A DNA stretch of 63,612 nucleotides, counting the filler, from Licmophora abbreviata (taxonomy: Eukaryota), in the NCBI GenBank assembly GCA_900291995.1. It is 9 parts of 9 records of this genome, joined end to end, with 100 filler letters (N's around TTAATTAATTAA, not from the genome) between each part and the next. Parts side by side here need not be neighbours in the genome. Positions count along the whole stretch, not along the records: positions 1 to 12,747 come from OLMU01000248.1; positions 12,848 to 23,195 come from OLMU01000254.1; positions 23,296 to 36,174 come from OLMU01000256.1; 6 more parts are not named here. One strand, given 5' to 3'. The notes below the pieces were generated by a model. That model was not told the DNA's origin. It worked only from the letters and a program-made list of their open reading frames with translations, and did no database searches. The position numbers were made by a program, and so were the translations under genes. Below are positions 12,310-23,663 of this stretch, piece by piece (position 1 is the stretch's first letter; the number at the start of each line of letters is the position of its first letter).

Positions 12310-12577
12310 CTTTCCTTTTATTTATGGGTGTGCATAAGTCTGACTAGTCTACCAAGGTACGAGACTAACTTGTGGCACCTTTGTGACTTCATGAATGAAA
12401 AAAAATGGCACCTAGCAACAGGGTGGTTTACAACTTGAATTGTATATTCAGTTAGAGCACTAGAATGGTGGCATGGTTGTTCGGCAGGGTGGCGTTAGTC
12501 TAAACGACGCAATGCAATGGATGCATGATATCTGAATATGATCTCTATCGAGACATGTTCGTCCAGTGAAAGTGGTC

Positions 12578-12609
12578 ATCAAGCTATGAAAGGATCAAGC
12601 TATGAAAGG
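12578..12609. repeat. Perfect 16-bp tandem duplication (ATCAAGCTATGAAAGG x2)
   Basis: Read directly from sequence. Confidence 0.9.
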
Positions 12610-12747
12610 ACCCCTACTGGATACTCGCATTTCAAAAATATAGCTAAAACGGGTTTGTCATGGAGACGAACGCTTCGAATACCGCTACTCCACTCTAGTG
12701 ATACCCAACAAACCACGTACCGGTACGATCAAGCCCACTCACATTCT

Positions 12748-12847
12748 NNNNNNNNNNNNNNNNNNNNNNNNNNNNNNNNNNNNNNNNNNNNTTAATTAAT
12801 TAANNNNNNNNNNNNNNNNNNNNNNNNNNNNNNNNNNNNNNNNNNNN
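12748..12847. other. Artificial scaffold spacer N44-TTAATTAATTAA-N44 (also 23196-23295, 36175-36274, 40268-40367, 43574-43673, 45598-45697, 47949-48048, 61778-61877)
   Basis: Eight identical 100-nt blocks with a six-frame stop linker. Confidence 0.98.
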
Positions 12848-12848
12848 C

Positions 12849-13055
12849 TCCCACGTCGGTGTCACATCTGGAGAGGCAGCAGTCACTGGTGGGGCCTATC
12901 TTCTCTTCTACCAAAGGAGCAAGGGCGCGCTACGATGGGCCGGCCTCGAGAAGGCAATGAGCGAACGATCCGTCGATCCCCACAGTGCCACCGACCAGGA
13001 CGGGTTCAAACAGGTGAGGTCGAAGAAGGGCAAGAAGAATAGAGAGAAACGATAA
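12849..13055 (+). CDS. 3' fragment of a ubiquitin-specific protease (USP, peptidase C19); remainder lost in the gap
   Basis: Not in the ORF track; translates SHVGVTSGEAAVTGGAYLLFYQRSKG..KR*; AYLLFYxR is the terminal USP motif. Confidence 0.75.
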   Translation, partial: SHVGVTSGEAAVTGGAYLLFYQRSKGALRWAGLEKAMSERSVDPHSATDQDGFKQVRSKKGKKNREKR

Positions 13056-13324
13056 GGCTTTGGCGCTTGTCGCCCTACACTACATCATTACTATTTTTTA
13101 AAAGAAGCCACACAATTTTAGCATCAAAACGTCTATTGCGTGCACAATTTCACCAATCGTCGTTTGCGGGGGGGGGGGGGGTTGCCTGTTGAAACGGTTC
13201 CTTGCCTGCCCTCGGTGCTCTTGCGCGCTTCCACTCTACCGGTCTAGTCAGGAGACAGTGGCCTCTGTCGGCCGTTCCACCTCAGAACGCTTCTTTCGGC
13301 CACGACGATGGCGAGATGAATCGC

Positions 13325-15008
13325 TCAGCTTGAGCGGTGGCGACTTTCTCCAAAAAGACGCGCATATATTGAGTGATACATCCACAATGTGACGAATCCC
13401 AACCGCAAACCAATCACTTGTCCCAAGCCGATAACTAATAAGGATACGCCCAATGCCTCGTAGTCCGATACTTGCGATTCACCACTGAACGATCCCAGTA
13501 GCATAAGGAATGCAGCCTGCAATATTTTCGATCCTGGAACCAAGAGATAGAGTGCTGGCAGTAAGCAGAACCACATATCGCTTTTAGCGAACGCCACCTT
13601 CTCCTCGCTTGATATATCATACGATAAATCTGTGTCAATGTAGCCAATGATGTTCAAATCGAGCGTGGCGATCCCAGCTGCTGGACGTGCCCCTGACGTC
13701 GATTCTCCCTGATTTGAGGCAGCACTCCTCGTAGAGGAAGACGATGCTATTTCATTTTGATCCACAGATTCAAGCTGTTCATTGCCGTCACTTTGGTGCT
13801 CCTCCACGTCGCCTCGCAGTCTCGCATCGTCATCCTTCTTGTATGGTACCATATACTCACTCATGGGCAGGGATGCAACAGGTAAGTGATGCATAACGGA
13901 AATCAATGCCGCACTGGCTAGGGTCGCAAGATATGCTGGTATCATGTTGGCCAAGAAGTCCGGCTGAGACCAGACTGTCCCAAGCACGTACTGCGAGCCG
14001 TAGGCAATCGTTTGTACACTCAAACATAGAAGGAAGTGTCCCAGAGTCACTCTGAACTGCATCAAACAGCTAATCGCCGATAACGGAAAAAGGAGAATGA
14101 ACCAAATATCTTCTATCTGACTTTGTTTGGTACTGCACTCGTCTCCAATTGAGTCCCATCGATCATCGGAGTATGCAGCAAACCACACCCCGAGCAACGA
14201 CCCAAGAGCCAAGCCATAGGACCGTACAATCGCCTGTACCAGGCGTGCTAGCCCCGTCATGAGCTGATTGTTAGTTAGCTCATAGAGGCTAATTACAAAT
14301 GCGGTACCATAGAAGAACCAATACAAAGTTCCCAGCAGCTGCGCGCTGAAGCACACGTGATCTGGGAACGCCACCATCGAAACTACTCCGATCATGGCTG
14401 TAAAAATGGCAACCAAGTAATCCACCACTTGATTCAGCTCCTCGAAGCGTGTTCCTAAATATGCAATGATCCCCGCCACTGCCCCACAGCAAAACGAGAA
14501 GCCTAGGTCGTACCAAGTGCCCCCAAAGAAGACAGTGGCGCACGTGAAACTCATGATTGGAATAATGGCGGCTCGATGGGGGGAAGGTTCTATATGCACC
14601 CTCGATGGGATTGTAATCCGCCTTTGACTCGTGGGCTTTGATCAAGACGAGCGCCTGTTTGGGCGATAAGGAGCCTTGCAAGACGGTCCGCGCAATTTTC
14701 GTAAAGGCGAACACAGTGTACATGTCGTAGTCAAAGATCATTCGGTGAGCGACTGTGAAGACAGTCCCTTGCCTATAGGACCAGCGCATGTGGAAGACTT
14801 CAACTTCCAGCACTAGGTCAGAGATCGATAGCTCTTCACATAGTGTGCGAACGAGGGACTGCGTGAGAAAGGTCCCGTAAAAGCTGCGATGCAGGATGTC
14901 CCCCAGTCGAACCACGAAGAGAATGGATATCAGATCCTTCCGGCTCAGATCAGGGACAGCCTCGAGTCGATGAACCAGAGGTCGAAGTTTGACCGGGATG
15001 GAGTCCAT
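13325..15008 (-). CDS. ThrE-family (threonine/serine exporter, Prm10-like) membrane protein; apparent frameshift at the homopolymer 14578-14583
   Basis: Multiple TM helices, FFGGTWYD, SLYELTNNQLMTGLARLV, LPALYLLVPGS; removing one base of the 6-run fuses the two ORFs (AYRTFP-HRAAIIP). Confidence 0.75.
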
Positions 15009-15368
15009 TGTAAGGTTTCATGAAGATCTGAGGATATAGATAGTTAGTGGAAGACGGAAAAGGAAGAAGCTGAGACTAGTGTCGTGTTGTAGCGATGCTG
15101 ATGATGTCGCCGCTCGACGCGCCATGGTCACATGTTGAATTTGTTGGCGACTGCGACGAACTAAATCTTAAATCTCAAAAGCGCGCGACGCGGTGCCCTG
15201 GAATTAGGAATCTGAGTATTCAGAGATAGCTCACCACAACCTTCATCTCTAAATTCTAAATTCAGAGCTCACTTTCGTTGCGACTTGCTCCATGGCGACA
15301 GTCGTCATCAGTCATCCCCACAGCACTCTTTGCTCTTCCTATCGAGACTTGAACACTCTAGCACATCG

Positions 15369-15797
15369 ATGGCTTACTTATTACCGCATCTTCGAAGTGG
15401 CTGGGAAGTCGACCAGGCGATTCTGTCGGAAGAGGATCGCGTCATCGTGATTCGCTTTGGACGTGACCACGATTCCACCTGCATGGTCCAGGACGAAGTT
15501 TTGGCATCCATCGCGGAGAAAGTCAAGCAGTTTGCTGTCGTATACTTAGTAGATCTCGACGAAGTGCCAGACTTCAACAGCATGTATGAACTCTACGATG
15601 CCTGCAGCACCATGTTCTTCTTTCGCAACAAGCACATCATGGTGGATCTGGGGACGGGAAACAACAACAAGATCAACTGGGCTCTCGCAGATAAGCAGGA
15701 ACTCATTGATATCATCGAAATGGTATATCGAGGGGCTAGAAAAGGAAGGGGACTAGTCATCTCACCGAAAGACTACTCTACCAAGTATCGATATTGA
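15369..15797 (+). CDS. TXNL4A: U5 snRNP protein Dim1/Dib1 (thioredoxin-like 4A)
   Basis: MAYLLPHLRSGWEVDQAILSEEDRVIVIRFG..FFFRNKHIMVDLGTGNNNKINW..YRGARKGRGLVISPKDYSTKYRY, 142 aa. Confidence 0.97.
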   Translation: MAYLLPHLRSGWEVDQAILSEEDRVIVIRFGRDHDSTCMVQDEVLASIAEKVKQFAVVYLVDLDEVPDFNSMYELYDACSTMFFFRNKHIMVDLGTGNNNKINWALADKQELIDIIEMVYRGARKGRGLVISPKDYSTKYRY

Positions 15798-16033
15798 AAC
15801 GTGGCCACAGCACTATTACTTTGGCGTGAGAGAGTTAAACTGAGAAGTGGGAACATGCCTTGCCAGGAGAACGGCGGAATCCTCTAGAACGGTCTGATTC
15901 CATACTGACTAATCGTACAGCCACATCCCTTCGAAACATTCGCTACGCATGTCCTGTGTAGGCAGACTTAGTGTTTATCTTTTAATGTATCATCTCTACT
16001 AGACTTATTGCAGGAGCAGCATAGCGACTGGAC

Positions 16034-19000
16034 TCAAATTTTACTATATGGCTCGGATTTGGACACTTCCGACGGTTGAGGCACAAAGCGGAGCTCTTTG
16101 TTGAACAGCAGCCGCTTCACTCGGACAGAGCCACATATTCGTTCCGGTAGCATCGACTCGTCCTTACCCTCGAGGAGAAACCCCATATCCACAACCAGCG
16201 TCTTGGCGTATCCTAGACTGAGACGAATAACCCCGGTAGCCACCGAGCTTGACCCGCAGTCGAGAATTACCTCGCAGTATCGGTCGCTGCGAACGTAAAG
16301 CTGGCGAAGCTTTGTTCCCATAATCGCGGGCGTGCTTCCCACCGCCTTTCGAACGATAAAGTTGCCTTCCACGATTTGCGGAATCATCTTGAACGTCTCG
16401 TCGCGAAAACTATCACTGTCACCAAAGAAGAACTTGTTGCAAAGCCTTGATGACGGCGTCCCGTCAGTCCCGTCGATGGAACTCATGTCGTCGATTGCGT
16501 AGTAGAATACGCCATGGAAGAACGGAGGACCCGGCAAGACAATGTTGACCACAAATAAGAACGGTGGCATGTCACTCTTGAGTCCATTCTCCAGAAGACG
16601 CTTCTCTCGCACCAGTGCCTTCTGAACTCGTTCATCAGGATGCTCACAAAATCCGCTGTAAATGGCCTTTTCCACTCGACACACGTCCGTGGCAATGAGC
16701 CTTCCGATGCTGACGCCAGCGTTGATCTTCTTTTTGTCTCTGGTGTATGTTCTCCCTCGGACACGAAACGAGTTGGCGTCCGGCTCCGCCCACTTCTTCA
16801 GCGGCAGAGGCGGAGGATCGAGGGCAACCCCAGGAGATTCCACCGCAACACTCGACTCTCTCTGAGAGTAGGCATAGTCGTAGTCGAGATCCTCACCCTC
16901 ATCGTCACTCAACTCAAACATGGAAGAGGAGGACTTCTGGTCTGCGATACGGTCGTTGAACGAGGCTGACATTGTCATACCCATTCCGTCGATTCGCTTC
17001 GCAGAGTTGAGAGGCCGTGGGTCTAGAGTCGCTGGGACAAATCTATCGAAATTGAGAGCATCACGATAGTCGAGGAGTTGCAGTAAGGCTGAAACGCCGA
17101 AAGCTTCCGCATATGCCTGATTCGAAAGAAAGGGCATTGATACAGTCGGGACCCAACCTCGAGGGTCAACCTGCATAACCGATGACAAAAGGCATTCTGG
17201 GTACTCTGTACACCTGCCGGACCCATGAGGCTTCTTGAGTGGAGAGATAGTATGCACGCAGTGCATTTCACCTCGTGTGTAGTCGGGATGCGGAGGGCAA
17301 TCCATGTGCTCGACAGAGTCGCGGCAGATGACATACGTGCCGTCAGGCTCAAGGCGCCAGTAGCGAAACAGAACGTAGTCGCGTGGTGCAGTCCAGGTCG
17401 GAAACAAATACATCGGGTGGAACACCAAGTGAATAACGTCCATGTGGTCGTTGATCGTCTCTATGACTCGAAAGGAAGCGCGTTGTCCAGCTTTTGGCAC
17501 GAGAGGGAGACTCAGGTCCCCCCATTCGAGCGAGCGACATTAGACACATGAAAGAATCGAGAGGTGACGCCTTCAAAACAATCTGTGTCTTAAGCGCAGG
17601 ACAAGGACGGCCCTCGAGCGAAAGGTAGGCCTGTCGAAACCCTCGGCTTGGCGTCTCCTCGCGGAATATACGCAATCCCATTGACCCAGAGCCCAGAAAT
17701 GAAATCCACCCCCCTTCCATTGATCGCCATCGAGTCTCTGAACTGAGAAAGTCTTGGTTCACATCATCGTCCTTGCCACCACGCCCATTCATGAATTCAA
17801 AACCAAAGGGTGCCCAACCGTCATCCGAGTCTCTGCTCAGTACATTCCTAAGGGATCCGGAAGTAGGAAGAAGTGCCTTGGTCGCGTCTCGCCCCTCCAT
17901 CCTAAACATGTGACCCCACGTGGAGCCTTTCGTGGATTCAAAGCGAAAGCAAGCATCCAGGGCTGCCTTCCATCGGTGCACTTCAACGTAGCTCAATGAC
18001 GCGAGAACGATGACCGCATTGTTTCCTTTCCGTCGCTTCAATCCGGCTTCAGCTGCAACTCCTGTCCCTCCTGCGGCTGCTCCTGCACCGAGCATGATTA
18101 ATCCCGCAATGATACCCAAACCGGCAGTGAACACTCCCACGGTGACCACGGCACCCGTAACAGCAGCGACCTTCCCGCCTGTGATAATCTTCTTCTTCGC
18201 TTTAGACCTGCTGGCCTTCTTGTTAGCCTTCCTATTAGCCTTGTACATAGCCTGCATCGTACGTTGATTTTCTTCCCGCTGAGCGGCGATAATCTGGGTA
18301 GGTGGCGACTCGCTGCTCTGGGCCCCTCGGTTCAACTCTGACATAGCAGCTTTGTTGGATTCATCCGTCGCTCTAAGTCTGGGTGGACGTGACTTTGGCG
18401 GGAAGTTTGATCTTGCCTCGCTCGTCGAAGAACGTCGGAGCTTTGGTGGACAAGACATTGCCTGAAAGTTTTGTCTCGATGCATCTCCGTGCGACACCAC
18501 AGAAATGGAGTCGGCATCCGAATAATCTCGGCGTCTGGACGATTTCTTCAAGAAAGAGAACCTTTTCTTCTTCCCGGACTTTGTCAGGGTACAGTCGTCG
18601 GTTGCATCTTCTTCAAACGAATGACGCCTCGGTGTGTGATCCGTATCAGGGCATCCTAGCCTCGTCTCACTGCCCTTTAGATCGACCCTGCCGTGTTCTG
18701 GCGTCAACGACGACAGTTGGGGTTGGCTTGCGTTCCAATTCGTTTCCTGGCCGCCATCCCTCGACAAATCAGGAAGCGACAAATTTTCTGACTGATGCAA
18801 GTCATTTGGCGATATTTTCCTATGCGGTGTCGACATTCCATTCACAGATCCCTCAAGATTCGCTGCAGAGGATAGTTGTTGAGGGGCTGAAGGGGGTGTC
18901 GAGTCCAAGACGGAGGCAGGGTTTGTCGGGTCAGCAGCTTCGGATGCGTTGCCGGATGTCCATGTTATTTTGATGCAATAGAGTAGCTCCTTCTTGCCGC

Positions 19001-19247
19001 CAGAGCTTTTCTGGTCGATATACACACCGCCGACATCACAACCAGCCTCGTGACTAACAACAAAAGTGCCCCGTGGCTTGGAGTCACTCTCATCCTCGTA
19101 GTAGGACAGATTATTTCCGGATAGTGCGAAGTAGCGTCTATTCCACTGTTTTGGCCGGTGAGTTCCTCGTTTCAGCATCCATCCTTCTAAATCCACTCCC
19201 TGCTGATCCTCCCCAGACGTTACCGAGGACTGTGCCGACTGCGGCAT
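16034..19247 (-). CDS. EDR2-like lipid-binding protein (PH, START, DUF1336); apparent frameshift at the homopolymer 17518-17523; start uncertain
   Basis: PH: LEGWMLKRG..WNRRYFAL; START: APRDYVLFRYWRLEPDGTYVIC, QVDPRGW; EDR2 C-terminus: WAEPDANSFRVRGRTY, FKMIPQIVEGNFIVRKAVG, LPERICG. Confidence 0.85.
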
Positions 19248-19802
19248 CCTTTGCAAGGTGCGGTATCTGAAAAAAAGCGAACCAAGACTATGAATTCAGA
19301 AGTCAGATTCGTCAGCGGCTAAAGAGACGCTCCTTAGACCCAACTGGTCTAACTTGTCAGGAACAGTGCACTATCCGATCTTGGTCTAGCAAGACCCCTC
19401 GAAACCGGGAACGTTTGGTGTGGCGTCACACGTTGCGCATTGGACCATGCGGACGCGTTCGTGGTTGGGGAACTTTTCATCGTCATCATCGCACCACTCC
19501 GATTGCCGGAAGATTCGGATCCGCGTCCAAGCGGATTTGGCGCGCCAGCCGATATACGAAGATGAATAGGGAGCAATCATATTCAATAAATGAACCACTT
19601 TGTCCGAGTGTCGCATCAGACATCCGACAAATCAAGATGTGAACAAACACGATCGATTTGATTCTTCGTAACCGCAACTGCAACCACGACGCAAAAACCA
19701 TTGTAACTGGTAGCGGCTTTAGCTCCAACATGCCAATAGGTGCGGTTTGTTGTAGTTTATAATGGATAATTGTCACTGCAGCTAATCGAGTAGCTACACA
19801 AT

Positions 19803-21059
19803 TCAACGACGATTATGCGGCTCTCGAAGCTTGCTCAGGACGTCAGGACCCTTAGGAACAATTGACCATGTATTCAGGCTGGGATGCGATGTATAGTAAT
19901 GCGTCTTGATTTGATCCATGTTCACGCTCTCAGCTATACCGGGAGTTTGGTAGATTTCGCGGCAATAGTTGAGAATGGATGGGGTTGAGAGTACAGTTCG
20001 TGTATTGGTCTTGAAATATACAACGTATACTTCGTCAAAACGAACCAGGGTCGCAAACAAGCGGATGTCAGCTTCCGTCATGTGGTCCCCAGCAATGAAA
20101 CGCTGCTTCTGCAGAATCTGGTCAATCCGGTCGAATGAATCCGTCAAGGCAGCAATCGCACTATTGTATGCAGTCTGTGATTTGGCAAACCCACAGCGAT
20201 AAACGCCGTTATTGATGGTCGGATAGACCCACTCATTGACTGCGTCAATTGAAGCGCGGTCCTTTTCTGCGTACAGATCCAAGCCTGGATTCTTGGCAAA
20301 CTCGTTAAATTCGGAATTGAGCATGCGAATGATTTCCGACGACTCGTTGCTCACAATCGTTTCGCGCTTCTTGTCCCACAAGATTGGAACCGAGTACGTT
20401 CCGACAGTGTCTCCCGCATACTCGTACAAGTCTCTCACAAACTTGGCTCCAATCAGTGGATCGGGTTCACAGCCCTCGTAGGTTGCGGGGAATGGTCCGC
20501 CTAGTCCGATAGTATTATGGAACGGTGCTCCGTCTGGATCCGCAAAAACCCAGCCGCAGTGGCTGTCGTTGGGATCATCCGGGCGAGTCCTTTTCCAGAT
20601 CGGATGTACCACCGTGATAGAGATGACATGTTCTAGTCCCTTCAAAGCGCGGACCATAAGGGTTCTACATACATAGTGGCACGTCGAAGGCATGTTAGTG
20701 ATGATGAGGAGTCTCGCTTGCAGTATGAATGGAAGTCGTGACGTGCCACAACACTGCAATTCTCATACACTACGACACATTTCGTCTCACCGATTTGCCC
20801 AGGGACACGCGATCGCCACCACAAGGTGATATCTCCCTACTTCTGGAGGAAACTCTGCCCCAGGTTCTGGAAGCATACGAGAGACAAAGAAAGAGATTAG
20901 AACTATACTTGTCAACGACGACGAGCGGACTCTTTGTTCCTCACCACTCGCTCTTAAAACTATGACGTATATCCGCTACGTACCTCGAGAGATCCAGTTT
21001 CTCCATCCGGCGTCTCGCCTCTTGAACTCTCCCGCGACGCTACTCCGTTGCGACGACAT
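19803..21059 (-). CDS. Glutathionyl-hydroquinone reductase (ECM4/YqjG, GST Xi class), copy 1 (exons 21059-20984, 20866-20791, 20664-19803)
   Basis: GEFKRRDAGWRNWISR, GRYHLVVAIACPWANR, YSVPILWDKK..IVSNESSEI, INNGVYRCGFA, ADIRLFATLVRFDEVY. Confidence 0.92.
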
Positions 21060-21397
21060 GTTTCCGTTGCCACGATAAAGTTTTGCTTCACAGGCAATCT
21101 CAGTGTGCAAGCTATTCTATGATGGTGCTACTCGTCTCGTCTCGTCTCTTCTCTTTGTTGCATTGTATCACAGCGACGACGCACCGGTGAAGTCGGCCAA
21201 GTTATTCCAAAGATTCCAACGAAGACGCGACGAGCTCTAAGACGACACGGAACGACGACACGGAACACGTCACAGAAGCGGCGACGATGCGAAACGCCTC
21301 GCCGGACCTCGCCGTCGCCAACTTTCAACACATTGAACATACACGTCTCGTGTTGTCACCACAAACCAACGATACATACACATTGCATCTCCTTACC

Positions 21398-22610
21398 ATG
21401 GCTCGCACAGCTCTCGACGAAATGTCCAAGGACGGAGAATTTAAACGGCGAGAGGCCGCGTGGAGAAACTGGATCTCTCGTGAAGGTACGTCTTTGATGC
21501 GCTGCGACGACACCTGTAGGCACCTTTTCTCAGTGATGTCTTCCTGTTTTCGTCACTGACGATTCAGAGGGAGCCAAGTTTCCTCCACAAAAAGACCGCT
21601 ATCATCTCATGGTAGCCTACGCGTGCCCTTGGGCGGCTCGGTGAGTCGAATGAGTATATACTTTCTTATTTGCCTCTGGTACAATGTATGCTCACAAACA
21701 CGATGTCCAACTCCCTGCTAGAACTCTCATGACTCGTGCACTGAAAGGACTCGAAGACGTGATCACTGTCACCATCGTGCACCCCACATGGAAGAAGACC
21801 AAGCCCGACGATCCGAATGACACCCATACCGGCTGGGTCTTTGCTGACCCCGATGGCGAGCCCTTTCCCAACACGGCTGGACTTGGAGGACCATTCCCTC
21901 CCGCGTTTCCAGGAAACACACCTGAACCGTTTTTCAACTCCCCGAGCATTCGCGCTTTGTATGAGCGTGCTGGAGATACGGATGGAAAGTACACTGTCCC
22001 CATCTTGTGGGATAAGAAGCTGGAGACCATTGTCAGCAACGAATCATCCGAAATCATCCAGATGCTCAACTCTGAGTTCAACGAGTTTGCCAAGTATCCC
22101 GATCTGGATCTTTACCCTGAAGAAAACAAGGAGGCGATCGACGCTGTCAATGAGTGGGTCTACCCAACGATCAATAATGGAGTGTATCGCTGCGGATTTG
22201 CGACATCTCAGGAAGCCTACGACAAGGCGATTGACGAACTTACCAAGTCCTTCGATCGCGTGGACAGTATTCTCCGGACGCAACGCTACATTGCCGGTAA
22301 CAAACTGACGCTTGCTGACATTCGTCTCTTTGTGACTTTGGTCCGTTTCGATGAAGTGTACGTCGTTTACTTCAAGACCAACACACGCACCGTCTCGTCG
22401 ACTCCTGCGATTCTGAATTACCTTCGTGACATCTACCAGATGCCAGGCGTCGCAGACACGGTGAACATGGAACAAATCAAGACACACTACTTTACGTCAC
22501 ACCCAAAGCTCAACACATGGTCTATCATTCCAAAAGGCGCTGACTTTGTTGGACTGCTGAAACAGCCTCACAACCGAAAGCGCAAGTATGGCGAAGTCGT
22601 GGAAGAGTGA
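21398..22610 (+). CDS. Glutathionyl-hydroquinone reductase, copy 2 (exons 21398-21485, 21568-21640, 21722-22610)
   Basis: DGEFKRREAAWRNWISR, DRYHLMVAYACPWAAR, YTVPILWDKK, INNGVYRCGFA, LVRFDEVY. Confidence 0.93.
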
Positions 22611-23028
22611 AGCAAAGGCTGACAGTCAATACGGAGGGAGTCGCTCCATTAAGTAACCTCACAACAAATTGGGTAGATGATATATCGTCAACATGTACTT
22701 TGTCGATCGTTGAAGTGGTAGAGAGACTACGCGTTGTGTTTGTTGTTACGTTCGTCTAGCACATAGGTGTTTGAAACGAGTCCCGCCTCTTACTCGAGTC
22801 ATGAATGACTCCTGAGGGCGTGCAGATCCATGTTTGAAACGTGTCCCGCTTCATACACGAGTCATGGATGACGTCGGAGAGGGTATGAATATACACACAC
22901 AAGAAGATCGAAGAACACACTGCTTCGCCGTCTACTTCACCGCGGATCTATCGAGGTCAAAGTGCTTTTTGTTGCGATCATCCTTTGTGTTCATAAAAAT
23001 CTCGGTCCCAGTCTATCCCTGTTGTTCC

Positions 23029-23411
23029 ATGATCCGCTCGTTGAAGATCTTGCTCCTGATTAGTCTCGGCAACAGAATGGTTGCTGCTTTGGTGTCGTTC
23101 CCAATTCGGAAAACCCTTGCCTCACGTCGAGTGCGCGCCATTGGAGCGCTTGCGTCGGCGGGATGGATGTCGACCTCAACGGCTTCCAAAACATCNNNNN
23201 NNNNNNNNNNNNNNNNNNNNNNNNNNNNNNNNNNNNNNNTTAATTAATTAANNNNNNNNNNNNNNNNNNNNNNNNNNNNNNNNNNNNNNNNNNNNAGATC
23301 AAGGCGCACTACTACTGCTCACATGTCGAGTTGAACAAGTATTCGATCATCCCGAAGGGTCCTGACTTTATGAAGCTACTGGAAGAGCCTCATGATCGCG
23401 ATAAGCTATAG
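23029..23411 (+). CDS. Glutathionyl-hydroquinone reductase, copy 3 (only presequence and C-terminus visible; middle in gap)
   Basis: After the gap: IKAHYYCSHVELNKYSIIPKGPDFMKLLEEPHDRDKL*, homologous to the ends of copies 1 and 2. Before the gap: MIRSLKILLLISLG..ASRRVRAIGALASAGWMSTST, presequence-like. Linkage across the gap is inferred. Confidence 0.7.
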
Positions 23412-23663
23412 AGGTATAATTACATTGGATGAGGATAACTGGTTTGTTTCCTTATGTGTTTTGATATTCATCGTGTCCGTCGAACCTACACCGCCGGTCA
23501 GTCGAGGTGCTCCATGACAACAAAATAGTGAGAGCTCGCGATTGAACCGCATTCTGCGGCGATGCGACGCCACTGGCGTGTGGGTGTTCATCAGTGAATG
23601 TGGCGATGGTGCATTATCTGTGTGTGTGCGAAGAACGACCTGAACTTTAGGATATCATAAATC

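Noticed and set aside
12792..12803. TTAATTAATTAA palindrome recurring eight times
   Set aside because: Always centred in an N block; it is an assembly linker, not a biological repeat or CRISPR
13168..13182. G15 homopolymer
   Set aside because: Simple run between convergent genes; its length is unreliable in this assembly
12228..15008. tRNA-Ser near a Thr/Ser exporter, as a functional link or integration site
   Set aside because: Separated by a gap and a USP gene; no integrase or att duplication seen
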